A stretch of 64,000 nucleotides of DNA. It comes from Candidatus Thorarchaeota archaeon (GTDB lineage: Archaea; Asgardarchaeota; Thorarchaeia; Thorarchaeales; Thorarchaeaceae). The notes under the pieces were generated by a model. That model was not told where the DNA came from, did not search any database, and saw nothing but the letters and a program-made list of their open reading frames with translations. The DNA lies in the NCBI GenBank assembly GCA_020348985.1, contig CP070761.1, forward strand, positions 2,499,445 to 2,563,444. Reading direction: 5' to 3'. Position numbers and translations under genes: made by a program. Shown here piece after piece: positions 37,851 to 46,592 of the stretch (position 1 is the first letter of the stretch; each line of letters begins with the position of its first letter).

Positions 37851-38777
37851 CTAAATGTATAGAGTTCCTCGTAACGTCCGAACAGCGGTTCCGCTGACTT
37901 TCACTTGCTGAATCTCATCTTGGTCTCCAATAACCTCGACGAAGACTTTCCCAGGCCTGCCCACAAACTGGCCTTGTTCAATCACAATGCTGGTGACTCG
38001 GTTCGTAGAGTCCATTATTCCCTGCTTCACCATATAGCTGCCCATGGCACCGGCCCCGGAGCCGGAGACTGGGTCTTCATAAATGCCAAGCGCAGGTGCG
38101 AAGTGACGCGCGTGAGCATCTGATGTGACTTCAAGTGTTTCTCTTGAGAAAACCTGAATTGATACATAGTCAGCGTCTTCCCGAAGTTCTTTCAGTCGAT
38201 TCCAATCCGGCTCGATTCGCTCCATTGCCCGCATGGTAGTTATTGGCACCATTAGATGTGGCGTACCAGTGCTGACGGTCTGAATGGGGTTTGGTGAAAG
38301 GACATCTGCCAATGTTAGGCCAAGAGCTTCTGCGTAGACTCTTGGATCGTAAGTCCTCATGAATTGGGGACGCTGATGAAAGATCTGAACTTCGTTGCGA
38401 CCTGTGGTCTCGTTCTTCACAATCTCTACTTCGAGGACACCTGCTTTTGTTTCGAGGCTGAACATCGCGACATCATCAACAACTTCAACATGACCTTCTC
38501 TCGTCAATGCGTGAAACGCGGCTACAGTTGGATGTCCCGAGAATGCGAGCTCAGTCTTAGGTGTCATGAAGCGGAACTTGAAATCTGCCACTTTCGACGA
38601 CGAGACAAAGACGGTCTCTCTGACATTCATTTCGCGAGCTATCTTCAGCATCGTCTCCTCATTGACACGGTCGGCACCAAGAATCACAGCGGCCGGATTC
38701 CCTCCAAAGGGAACATCCGTAAAGGCATCAACCTGAACAACCGTCAGCTCGCGTCTATGCTTCATGATTTCCCACAA
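37851..38777 (-). CDS. PhzF/diaminopimelate epimerase-like family protein
   Basis: QVDAFTDVPFGGNPAAV, ETVF, FSGHPT, STGTP, EDPVSGSGAG and EQG. Confidence 0.9.
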   Translation of the reverse strand: MWEIMKHRRELTVVQVDAFTDVPFGGNPAAVILGADRVNEETMLKIAREMNVRETVFVSSSKVADFKFRFMTPKTELAFSGHPTVAAFHALTREGHVEVVDDVAMFSLETKAGVLEVEIVKNETTGRNEVQIFHQRPQFMRTYDPRVYAEALGLTLADVLSPNPIQTVSTGTPHLMVPITTMRAMERIEPDWNRLKELREDADYVSIQVFSRETLEVTSDAHARHFAPALGIYEDPVSGSGAGAMGSYMVKQGIMDSTNRVTSIVIEQGQFVGRPGKVFVEVIGDQDEIQQVKVSGTAVRTLRGTLYI

Positions 38778-39342
38778 GTGCGACTTCGTCCATCACCCTA
38801 ATTAAGAATCGCATGCGGTAATTGACTACAAAGTCATCGGTTGTGTTCAGTATGAGAGTCACCTGTGAGTGTCCTATGGGAGATCATGACTATGCATCTG
38901 TCCGATAGTGAATCCCTCGGCGGGTTTCTTTTTCTCTGGTTCCTAGAATAGCAATTCAGGTTAAACACTACTACTTCATTGTATTAAAGGACGATTAGAA
39001 GGTGGCGGACCCATGGGAATCGTGGTAGGAGGGGGGAGTTTCGTAATTGAGGGCATGTAACGAAAAACTAGCCCACGTGTCCGCCTTTGCAGCGTTTGGC
39101 ATGTCCGAGTCATGTTCCCACTCAAACTACCAGCTGTGTAGTCCCACGATTGGCCCGGTCTTATATACATTTCTGCTTTCGTAAGGAAATACCCAGCGAG
39201 ATTTGCTCAACAAATCATAATCTTCTGACACATCTGAGCGTGTTTCGGTTTGGAGCCGTAACCATAACTCTGCTCAATAGTTACCGAGTGAAAAGGCGTC
39301 CATGCGTTCGACTTATGAGTCTCCTAGCCGCTGTTCAGAAAT

Positions 39343-40131
39343 ATGGGAGAAGAACCTAGAGAGCAGAATATGCATACCGTCATGGATGCTCTGGCAGAAC
39401 TCATGAAAGAGCAATCCTATGACTACATAATTGGAATCACTGGTTTCGAAACTGTGTTTTGCGCGTTGATGCCAGTCCAGCAGAAATGGCTTAGAAATCT
39501 GTGCAAAGAGAGATTCAATGACTTGGTTGAAATTGGTTCATTCGTGTCCTTCGGCATCTCGTACTATGATTCGATAATCGACACGATTAACGTCAAGAAG
39601 GGAGGCGAGACGGACTTGGATAGTTGGAATCTGTATGGTGATGAGTATTCAAGACTAAACGAGATGCTGGACACGATTGCGTCCAAGCTGGCCAGTCGCT
39701 TTGACGGGATATCTATTCCCGCAACCCTGCATGGATTGGCTGGTAAGATAGAGAATGTGACAGACTACTATGGAAGAACAATCTCTCATCGAGCTGTAGC
39801 TGAAAGAGCCGGACTTGGCTGGAGAGGTAAGAATGGACTTCTGATCAATCATAGGTTCGGATGTGCGGTACGTTTTGCATCAGTAGCGGTGACACTTCCT
39901 CTTGATGCTTCTGAGGAGGTTGAATATGCATGCGGAGATTGTACAGCTTGCGAAGATGCCTGTACTTTCATCAAGCACAGAGTCGTGCTCCCTGATTACC
40001 GCGAGAACTGTAGACGCTACATAGCCAATCTTCGTAAGAAAGGTCTGAAGAAAGATGTCTGCGGGAAATGCATTCAGGCATGTATCCGAAACGGCATTCA
40101 TGCGACCAGTTTCGAATTGAGAGCCGAGTAG
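39343..40131 (+). CDS. QueG/reductive dehalogenase-like Fe-S (probably cobalamin) protein
   Basis: SHRAVAERAGLGWRGKNGLLI, CGDCTACEDAC and CGKCIQAC. Confidence 0.8.
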   Translation: MGEEPREQNMHTVMDALAELMKEQSYDYIIGITGFETVFCALMPVQQKWLRNLCKERFNDLVEIGSFVSFGISYYDSIIDTINVKKGGETDLDSWNLYGDEYSRLNEMLDTIASKLASRFDGISIPATLHGLAGKIENVTDYYGRTISHRAVAERAGLGWRGKNGLLINHRFGCAVRFASVAVTLPLDASEEVEYACGDCTACEDACTFIKHRVVLPDYRENCRRYIANLRKKGLKKDVCGKCIQACIRNGIHATSFELRAE

Positions 40132-40227
40132 AGCATTCATTATTAGAACACAAGCTCTCTGTTGGTTCATGCAAGGTTTGCGGGAAAGATGTCCCTCTTA
40201 TGGCAATCTCATCATTCTGTATGCATT

Positions 40228-40713
40228 ATGACTGACGCCGAAATAGAGGAGAGAAAGAAACTCGTTCAGACCTTCAAGAACAGCGAGAAACGTCATGCCC
40301 GCGACAAAGCAGCCATCTTGGGCGCACTAGAGAAGAAGTTCGGTCCGGAGGTGCGCGCAATCTTCGCGGAAGAGAGATCAAAGATTATCCGTGAAGAGTG
40401 GAGAAAGATAGCAGAAAGCTCTGAAGGTGAGACCCCAGCAGATCTGATCAGAGTAATGTGGGAGCCGGTTAAGGACATGTTCCCATACGAAATAGAAAGA
40501 GAAGAAGAGGGTGAGATTCAGCTTAGAGTTTCTGGATGCATATTCTATGATGTTGCTAAGGAGGTGGGCATCGAAGGAACTTGGGGATACGACCTCTTCT
40601 GTGGTAATGATCCCTTCATAGTGGCCGGATTCAACCCGAAAATGAAGTTTGAACGTACAAAGACCCTGATGGATGGAGACGGTTATTGCGACCACTGCTA
40701 CACTCTGAAGTAG
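40228..40713 (+). CDS. L-2-amino-thiazoline-4-carboxylic acid hydrolase-like protein
   Basis: RVSGCIFY, LFCGND, GFNP and RTKTLMDGDGYCDHCY. Confidence 0.8.
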   Translation: MTDAEIEERKKLVQTFKNSEKRHARDKAAILGALEKKFGPEVRAIFAEERSKIIREEWRKIAESSEGETPADLIRVMWEPVKDMFPYEIEREEEGEIQLRVSGCIFYDVAKEVGIEGTWGYDLFCGNDPFIVAGFNPKMKFERTKTLMDGDGYCDHCYTLK

Positions 40714-40816
40714 TTTTCAGATTCATGGAAGTCATTAAGAGAATCCTAGTCAATAGTGAAACAAGATATACCCCAGAACTCTGTTGAGAGCTGGAAGTCG
40801 AAACAGGTGAATGTGA

Positions 40817-41563
40817 GTGAACGAGCTCGATTTCGGCACAAAGCGGCTTCCAGCTCTTCTTTGTGGCTCGAGCCCCTTCATGGGTGCAGGGCAGTTTGGA
40901 CCAAAAGGGTTGGAGTGGTATCAGCACTTCTTCAATCATCCCAATCGTATGAGCGAACTTTTCTCTTACTTCTGTGAATTGGGCTTTCCCGGAGCACAGG
41001 TTATTGGATACTCCACTATAGTGGAGGCGGCTAGGCAGTCGCAACAACAGCACTCCATGAAAGTGGCGGTCTCATTACTGCCGGAGGATTGGATGCAGAA
41101 CCTGCGTGACGTTCAAGTGCTAGAGCCAGAAGTGATCTTCGTCCACGGTGCGATGACTGATGAATTCTTGCTGAATCGTGGCGATGAGCTTGTGGCTTGT
41201 TGCGACGCAATCCGTGAAGTGGGAGCGTTTCCCGGGATATCAACTCACAACCCCTATGAAACACTGACTCACATTCTATCGGATTCCAGCCACTTTGGTA
41301 GCGAATCGATTGGACTTCTGCTTCCCTTGAACCCAAAAGGATGGGGACTGGGAGCAGAAATCTCTGCGATTTCCAAGTTGGTGATGCAGCTCGATCAGCG
41401 AAACCCGATCATGGCAATGAAGGTCCTTGCAGCTGGAAGGATTCAGCCTGAAGAAGCATTGTCATGGCTCTATGAGACTGTGAATCCAACGATAGCAGCG
41501 ATTGGCGTCACAAACAAGGAGGAGGCACAAGAGCTTGCCTCTACTGTAAACAACCTTCTGTAG
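40817..41563 (+). CDS. Aldo/keto-reductase-like TIM-barrel protein
   Basis: GSSPFMGAGQFG, PGISTH, PLNPKG and MAMKVLAAGRI. Confidence 0.65.
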   Translation: MNELDFGTKRLPALLCGSSPFMGAGQFGPKGLEWYQHFFNHPNRMSELFSYFCELGFPGAQVIGYSTIVEAARQSQQQHSMKVAVSLLPEDWMQNLRDVQVLEPEVIFVHGAMTDEFLLNRGDELVACCDAIREVGAFPGISTHNPYETLTHILSDSSHFGSESIGLLLPLNPKGWGLGAEISAISKLVMQLDQRNPIMAMKVLAAGRIQPEEALSWLYETVNPTIAAIGVTNKEEAQELASTVNNLL

Positions 41564-41624
41564 GGATTTGATCTGTCATTGCAACCGTTTATTGGTCCTT
41601 GAAGACTATTTTTTTTGACTAATC

Positions 41625-42674
41625 TTGATCTTGGAGTGTCAGCTGGCACAGCAGGGAATCCCGAAAGGTTCGTGTGAAGTCGCAACAGAAGGAGACAAAA
41701 CGGGGCGAGCCTGTGACATTACGTTGAGATATAGTGAGAAGTCTGGATATGAACGCCTGATCAAATCCCTATTGCTATCTCGACCTGAGGACTACCTCTC
41801 AATCTACCAGAGTGGATGCAATCACACTTGTCTCAAGTGTCACTCGCATGAGTTCAGTAAGGTAGCTACTGGTGAATGGATGTCAGTTGAAGACATCGCA
41901 GGTGCCGTCAAGCAGTACAAGGAGTACATCACCGTTCATGAACCGAGAGAGGCTGCGACAAGTTGGCATGCACATCGGCTTTGCAAGCATTGTGGAAGCT
42001 GTCTGATGAATAGAGAACCTTCTGCAAACTGTCCCAGGATTCTCAAGCCCGATCAAGTGGTCATAAGTCCTCAAGGATTTGGTCCGGCACGGAACATAGT
42101 GGCGTTCACTGGGGGGGACATACTTTGTCGACCTGACTTCTATACCTCAGTTGCTCGCAGAATCAAGGAGGTTTCAGATGATCTTTGGGTCTTGCTTGAA
42201 ACCAATGGATATGGACTTACTGAGAAGAATCTGGCTCAGTTTGCTGAGGGAGGGATAGATTCATTCTGGTTGGATATCAAAGCCTACTCGGAGGATGTCT
42301 ACCGCAGACTGTGCGGAACGACCAACAAACACATCCTGGAGTCTGTGAGGACAATCGTTGACTATGGTTTCACACTTGAAGTGTTGACACTCTTCATACC
42401 GGGAATGGTAGAAACTGAAGAACATGAGAAGATTGCTCAGCTAGTTGCCGACGTTGATCCAGATATTCCATTTACTCTGTTGGCATTCTTTCCTTTCTAT
42501 CAGTTACTTGAACCCGAATATAGAAGTCCAACAGCTGAAGAGATGGCCGCCAGCTACATTTCGATAAAGGAAGTGGGACTCACCAATCTGAGACTTGGCA
42601 ATCTAGGTGTCTTCGTCAAGGACCAAGAGGACATGGATTACTTGTCGTCTGAGCTGGGTCCTGGATTCTTCTAG
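41625..42674 (+). CDS. Radical SAM protein, glycyl-radical activase (PFL-AE)-like
   Basis: GCNHTCLKCH (CxxxCxxC), FTGGD, LETNG, WLDIKA, AFFPFY and an extra CKHCGSC. Confidence 0.85.
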   Translation: MILECQLAQQGIPKGSCEVATEGDKTGRACDITLRYSEKSGYERLIKSLLLSRPEDYLSIYQSGCNHTCLKCHSHEFSKVATGEWMSVEDIAGAVKQYKEYITVHEPREAATSWHAHRLCKHCGSCLMNREPSANCPRILKPDQVVISPQGFGPARNIVAFTGGDILCRPDFYTSVARRIKEVSDDLWVLLETNGYGLTEKNLAQFAEGGIDSFWLDIKAYSEDVYRRLCGTTNKHILESVRTIVDYGFTLEVLTLFIPGMVETEEHEKIAQLVADVDPDIPFTLLAFFPFYQLLEPEYRSPTAEEMAASYISIKEVGLTNLRLGNLGVFVKDQEDMDYLSSELGPGFF

Positions 42675-42832
42675 AAGTGCTTGAATGTGATCTCTTGGAC
42701 TCACTGGTCATCCAAGAATCTAGCCAAGCCGGAGTCTGAAGTCAGTCAGATGGCAGCAAACTACCATAGCTCACGTTGATAGTTAGACACAATAATAGAT
42801 GCTGTTCAACGAATCTCTGAGGATGGAGTGAA

Positions 42833-43441
42833 TTGAACGAAATGAATCGCGGCGGTCGGCAACCCAGTGAAATCAATTGGGACGAGGTTCTGGTCTTCCC
42901 GATGGAGGAGATTAAACTTCCACCTCTGGAAAAGAGAAGTGGATGGATTCTGGACATTGGGGCTGGGGGAGAAGGGATTATTGGGCTTCTGGGAGGGACC
43001 CGGGTTGTTGGAGTAGACAAGAGCAGAACCGAGCTAGAGGAGACTAGCGATGACTCGTTAAGGATAGTTATGGACGCCAGAGACCTTGGTTTCCTAGACG
43101 GAACCTTTGAAACTGCTACACTATTCTATTCCTTGATGTACATGTCTCTTGAGACTGTGGACAACGTTCTGGAAGAAGTGAAGAGGGTCTTAAAGCCAGG
43201 AGGAGAGCTCTATATCTGGGACGCCATTGTCGAGGTACCTCCCGAAGTTGACAAGAAGTACTTTCTTGTCCAAGTGAGCGTAGTATTCCCTGATGGGAGA
43301 TTGGGCGAGGGAAGGTACGGGATGGACATTCGCAGACAAGGGATTGAGACTTTCAAAGAGATCGCACAACATCACGGCTTTGTCGTGTTGAATGAGGAGG
43401 CAAAAGAACACTCCTTCTTCCTCAGACTCAGAAAAGAATGA
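42833..43441 (+). CDS. Class I SAM-dependent methyltransferase
   Basis: ILDIGAGGEG, MDARDL and RVLKPGG. Confidence 0.88.
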   Translation: MNEMNRGGRQPSEINWDEVLVFPMEEIKLPPLEKRSGWILDIGAGGEGIIGLLGGTRVVGVDKSRTELEETSDDSLRIVMDARDLGFLDGTFETATLFYSLMYMSLETVDNVLEEVKRVLKPGGELYIWDAIVEVPPEVDKKYFLVQVSVVFPDGRLGEGRYGMDIRRQGIETFKEIAQHHGFVVLNEEAKEHSFFLRLRKE

Positions 43442-43503
43442 TGGGAAGAAGGAGGCACTCCGAAATGAAGGCATCCCTCGGTCGTATGGCCAACGGATTA
43501 AGA

Positions 43504-45162
43504 TTATCCAACGTATGGACTGCTAATCGAATCTTCTTCGACCTGTGATGGCTTGTCACGAGTTCTCCATTCGGATAGTGGAATCGAGAACTGATCCTCC
43601 ATCCTGGAACGGTGAATTGTGTTCATTGTGCAGAATGGAATAATCCTGCCGTCGGGAAGTGAGTAGTTCACGTCGCAATGCTGGACACGTTCAAGGTCGA
43701 AGTTGAATGGGTCCTGGAAATGCATCAGACCAATCATGATTATACGTCTCATGAACTTGGCCAATGACTCGTAATCTCCTCTGTTGAGGAAAGCACTCAG
43801 TAGATCCTTAATGATGCCTTTTCGCTTGATGTGTCTTGCGCCGGCTGCAAGCTTTGCCTTTGCCCGTTTGCTAGCAGCTCTTGCACCGTCGGCATAAAGA
43901 TTCGAAATGTCAACCAAGAGCTCGATAAACTTGTCAACATCAATCAAATTTGTGATTGGTTCGTAGTCACCATCATCGTTGATGTAGATGAAGGTAGACA
44001 TGCCACACGCGAAGTGTGTGCTAAGTTCAAGCTGTGGAGTCCCTTTCAACAGGCCAAGTGCACGACCCACAGGCATCATTGCTGGTACTGGATACCAGAC
44101 ATCAGCTGGAATCTTGCCGCCCGTCTGTTCTTCAATGAGATGGATTACGTCAGGAATCGTAATACGCATCTTCTTGCGTGCCTCATAGTCGATTCGTCCG
44201 GTGATACTGACTGGCTGGAAGTTCACACAACGAATTACATCTCGGTTCTCAACTGCGAACTCAATAATCCCGCCAACTTGATCGTCATTTACTCCGCGGA
44301 CAACAGTCGGCACAAGCACGAGTGACTCCATTCCCACCTCTCGTGCGTTTTCGATGGCCTGCTTTTTGATGGGCAGAAGATTGGACCCTCTTGCCTCGAT
44401 GTACGGCTCAGGTGTGATTCCATCAAACTGCATGTATATCGTGGACAGTCCTGCGTCTCGTAGCTCCTGGAGATATTCCTTGCTCTTGCCAACTCTGATG
44501 GCATTGCTGGCAATCTGGACATGTCTGAAACCGAGCTCCTTTGCCCAGCGAATGTACTTTGGCAAATGCTTGCTTACAGTGGGTTCGCCACCAGCAAACT
44601 GAAGCGCTGGCGCAGGAACGGGAAGGTTGCCACGCAAGTTCCTCATCATATCAAGGACTTCTTCTGGTGTTGGTTCGTAGACGTCTCCACCTTCGGCGGC
44701 AACTGCGAAGCAAATAGGACAGCGTAGGTTGCATCGGTTCGTTACATCAAGTAGTGCTAGCGCAGTGTGTGACTTGTGCTCCGGACACTGACCACAATCC
44801 TCTGGACATCCTTTCACGGTCTCTGTTCGGGGATTGTCCAGCCCGATCGACTTGTACCATTGGTTCTGAGCCTTTCGGAACATCTCTGCGTCACCCCAGT
44901 AGAGATCCACATACTCGCCGTGAGTCTCACAGCTCTTCTTGTACATGACCTTGCCATCTTCTTCGTAGACTAGCGCGTCTATCACGTGCACATTGTCATT
45001 GTCGAGAAGACAATCCGGACATATCGACTGGGTGGTATAAGGGAGCTCCCTTACAGGGTATTTCTCAATATGATACCTTGAGATGTCCTTGCCGCCGTCG
45101 GTGTGTGCAAGATCCTCCTCAGGTATGCGCTCAACTTCTGAGGTCTTCGGAGTTGTCATCAA
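43504..45162 (-). CDS. tes: Tetraether lipid synthase Tes (GDGT macrocyclase, radical SAM)
   Basis: N-terminal CPDC...KSCETHG, GCPEDCGQCPEHKSHT, DVTNRCNLRCPICFA, GGEPT and C-terminal MHFQDPFNFDLERVQHC...GRIIPFC. Confidence 0.88.
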   Translation of the reverse strand: MMTTPKTSEVERIPEEDLAHTDGGKDISRYHIEKYPVRELPYTTQSICPDCLLDNDNVHVIDALVYEEDGKVMYKKSCETHGEYVDLYWGDAEMFRKAQNQWYKSIGLDNPRTETVKGCPEDCGQCPEHKSHTALALLDVTNRCNLRCPICFAVAAEGGDVYEPTPEEVLDMMRNLRGNLPVPAPALQFAGGEPTVSKHLPKYIRWAKELGFRHVQIASNAIRVGKSKEYLQELRDAGLSTIYMQFDGITPEPYIEARGSNLLPIKKQAIENAREVGMESLVLVPTVVRGVNDDQVGGIIEFAVENRDVIRCVNFQPVSITGRIDYEARKKMRITIPDVIHLIEEQTGGKIPADVWYPVPAMMPVGRALGLLKGTPQLELSTHFACGMSTFIYINDDGDYEPITNLIDVDKFIELLVDISNLYADGARAASKRAKAKLAAGARHIKRKGIIKDLLSAFLNRGDYESLAKFMRRIIMIGLMHFQDPFNFDLERVQHCDVNYSLPDGRIIPFCTMNTIHRSRMEDQFSIPLSEWRTRDKPSQVEEDSISSPYVG

Positions 45163-45282
45163 TAATCGCCCCTTAGATAACTGGTTTTACCACTAAAGCG
45201 AGTGGTATTCTTAGCCAGCAGCCGATGTTTATCGCATATAAGATTTGTCCGATGACTAAGAGTATGCATAGTGAGTAAGACT

Positions 45283-45591
45283 CTAGGTGTCATTTTCCAT
45301 CGTTAGGACGTAGCCCTTTGTGAATCCACCCTTTTTTTCCAGCTTCTCCTCTCGGATTCTGTTGATCTCATCCCAAGAGACTTTCCTCAAGGCAAGAAGA
45401 GCACCAATGGCTTCAAGAATGTCTGCAATCTCTTCTGCTGTGCCAGATTTCAGAAACTCTTTGGCTTCCTCAACAATCTTTGCACGAAGCAAAACGTCCA
45501 GCTCATCTCCCGAGGCTATCCGGACATTGGCAGTCTCACCATCCGACGTAATGATTTCTGGTATCAAATCTCGAACTAGCTTCTCACTCAA
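45283..45591 (-). CDS. MazG-like nucleoside triphosphate pyrophosphohydrolase
   Basis: KLVRDLIPEII, KIVEEAKEF, EEIADILE and KKGGF. Confidence 0.85.
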   Translation of the reverse strand: MSEKLVRDLIPEIITSDGETANVRIASGDELDVLLRAKIVEEAKEFLKSGTAEEIADILEAIGALLALRKVSWDEINRIREEKLEKKGGFTKGYVLTMENDT

Positions 45592-45614
45592 GTAAGGCCA
45601 CCTCAGCCCGAAAG

Positions 45615-46298
45615 CTATCTGAGAGCTAGGACCACTTCAATCTGCTCTTTGGCCTCTTGTAGAAAGGCCTCGATGCCGGCCTTCATGTTGTCAGGCAATT
45701 CGGTTGTCCAAGGCTCTTCAGCCCCGCGAGAGGTCTCTGCTGTCATTGAACCAATAGGAAGGAAGCTTGCCTCCAATTGCCCACTGAAAGAGACTGAACC
45801 GACCCACTGGCCATTGTTGTCAACTACTTCATAGACAGGCTGGAAGTCTGCCATGTCCTTGGAGGGAATAGCCGCCCAAAAGAAGGAGATCTCTGCGAAC
45901 TGAAGCGGCTTTCCTACTCCAACAACGTAGCTGTCCATTGTGGCCTTGGCAACCTCCAAATTGTAGAGAATCCCAATCCCACAGTTCAGGCACTGGTTGA
46001 ATTCCAGACCGTCACCACTTGGCTGAACATATGCGATACCGTTCTTCTCTATATTGTCATCATTGCAGAGCATACAGACATCCAGACCCCATCTGATCTC
46101 CATCTTGTCTTCGAGCGGACCATCTCTGAATCGCGTTCGAGCTCCATCAAAAGCACTGCCTAAGACTTCTGCGCCTTCTAAATCCAACTTCTTGCGAAGT
46201 GCGCTCCACAACTCCAGGTTGTCCTGCCAAAGCACGTTGAAGACCATATCTGCCAACTTGTCTGCAGGTCTTTCCTCAAGTGAACTCATTTCCGGCAC
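45615..46298 (-). CDS. Hypothetical protein with CxxC...CxxC
   Basis: 227-aa ORF fills the gap and is co-oriented with the MazG-like gene. Contains CMLC and CLNC. Confidence 0.6.
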   Translation of the reverse strand: MPEMSSLEERPADKLADMVFNVLWQDNLELWSALRKKLDLEGAEVLGSAFDGARTRFRDGPLEDKMEIRWGLDVCMLCNDDNIEKNGIAYVQPSGDGLEFNQCLNCGIGILYNLEVAKATMDSYVVGVGKPLQFAEISFFWAAIPSKDMADFQPVYEVVDNNGQWVGSVSFSGQLEASFLPIGSMTAETSRGAEEPWTTELPDNMKAGIEAFLQEAKEQIEVVLALR

Positions 46299-46592
46299 TC
46301 AGCTCCTAAAGTACGAACTAGCAGGTCTTGCTTTCGACGGCTCTCAATTAAGTCTTGGGCAGGCCTATCGATTCCGTTGCTTCGGCCAACGGTACTTGAC
46401 CGAACGTTTTTAACTGGGTCAACAGGACTGCAATTGTATCATACAGGGTGAGAAAGGATGGATTGCCAAATTCACTAGCGAATGTGAAAGCCACTGCAGT
46501 CCACTCTCTGATTTCAAACCTGTTCGGCTTTTGAAGAATACCCAAGATGTCGCATTAAACGGCTGCATGGATTGTCAATACCGGAGTTGGTG

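Noticed and set aside
38976-39170. 64-aa Pro-rich minus-strand ORF
   Set aside because: Starts inside a TATA-like box, and its prolines derive from the G-rich strand of the predicted RNA structure; no coding support.
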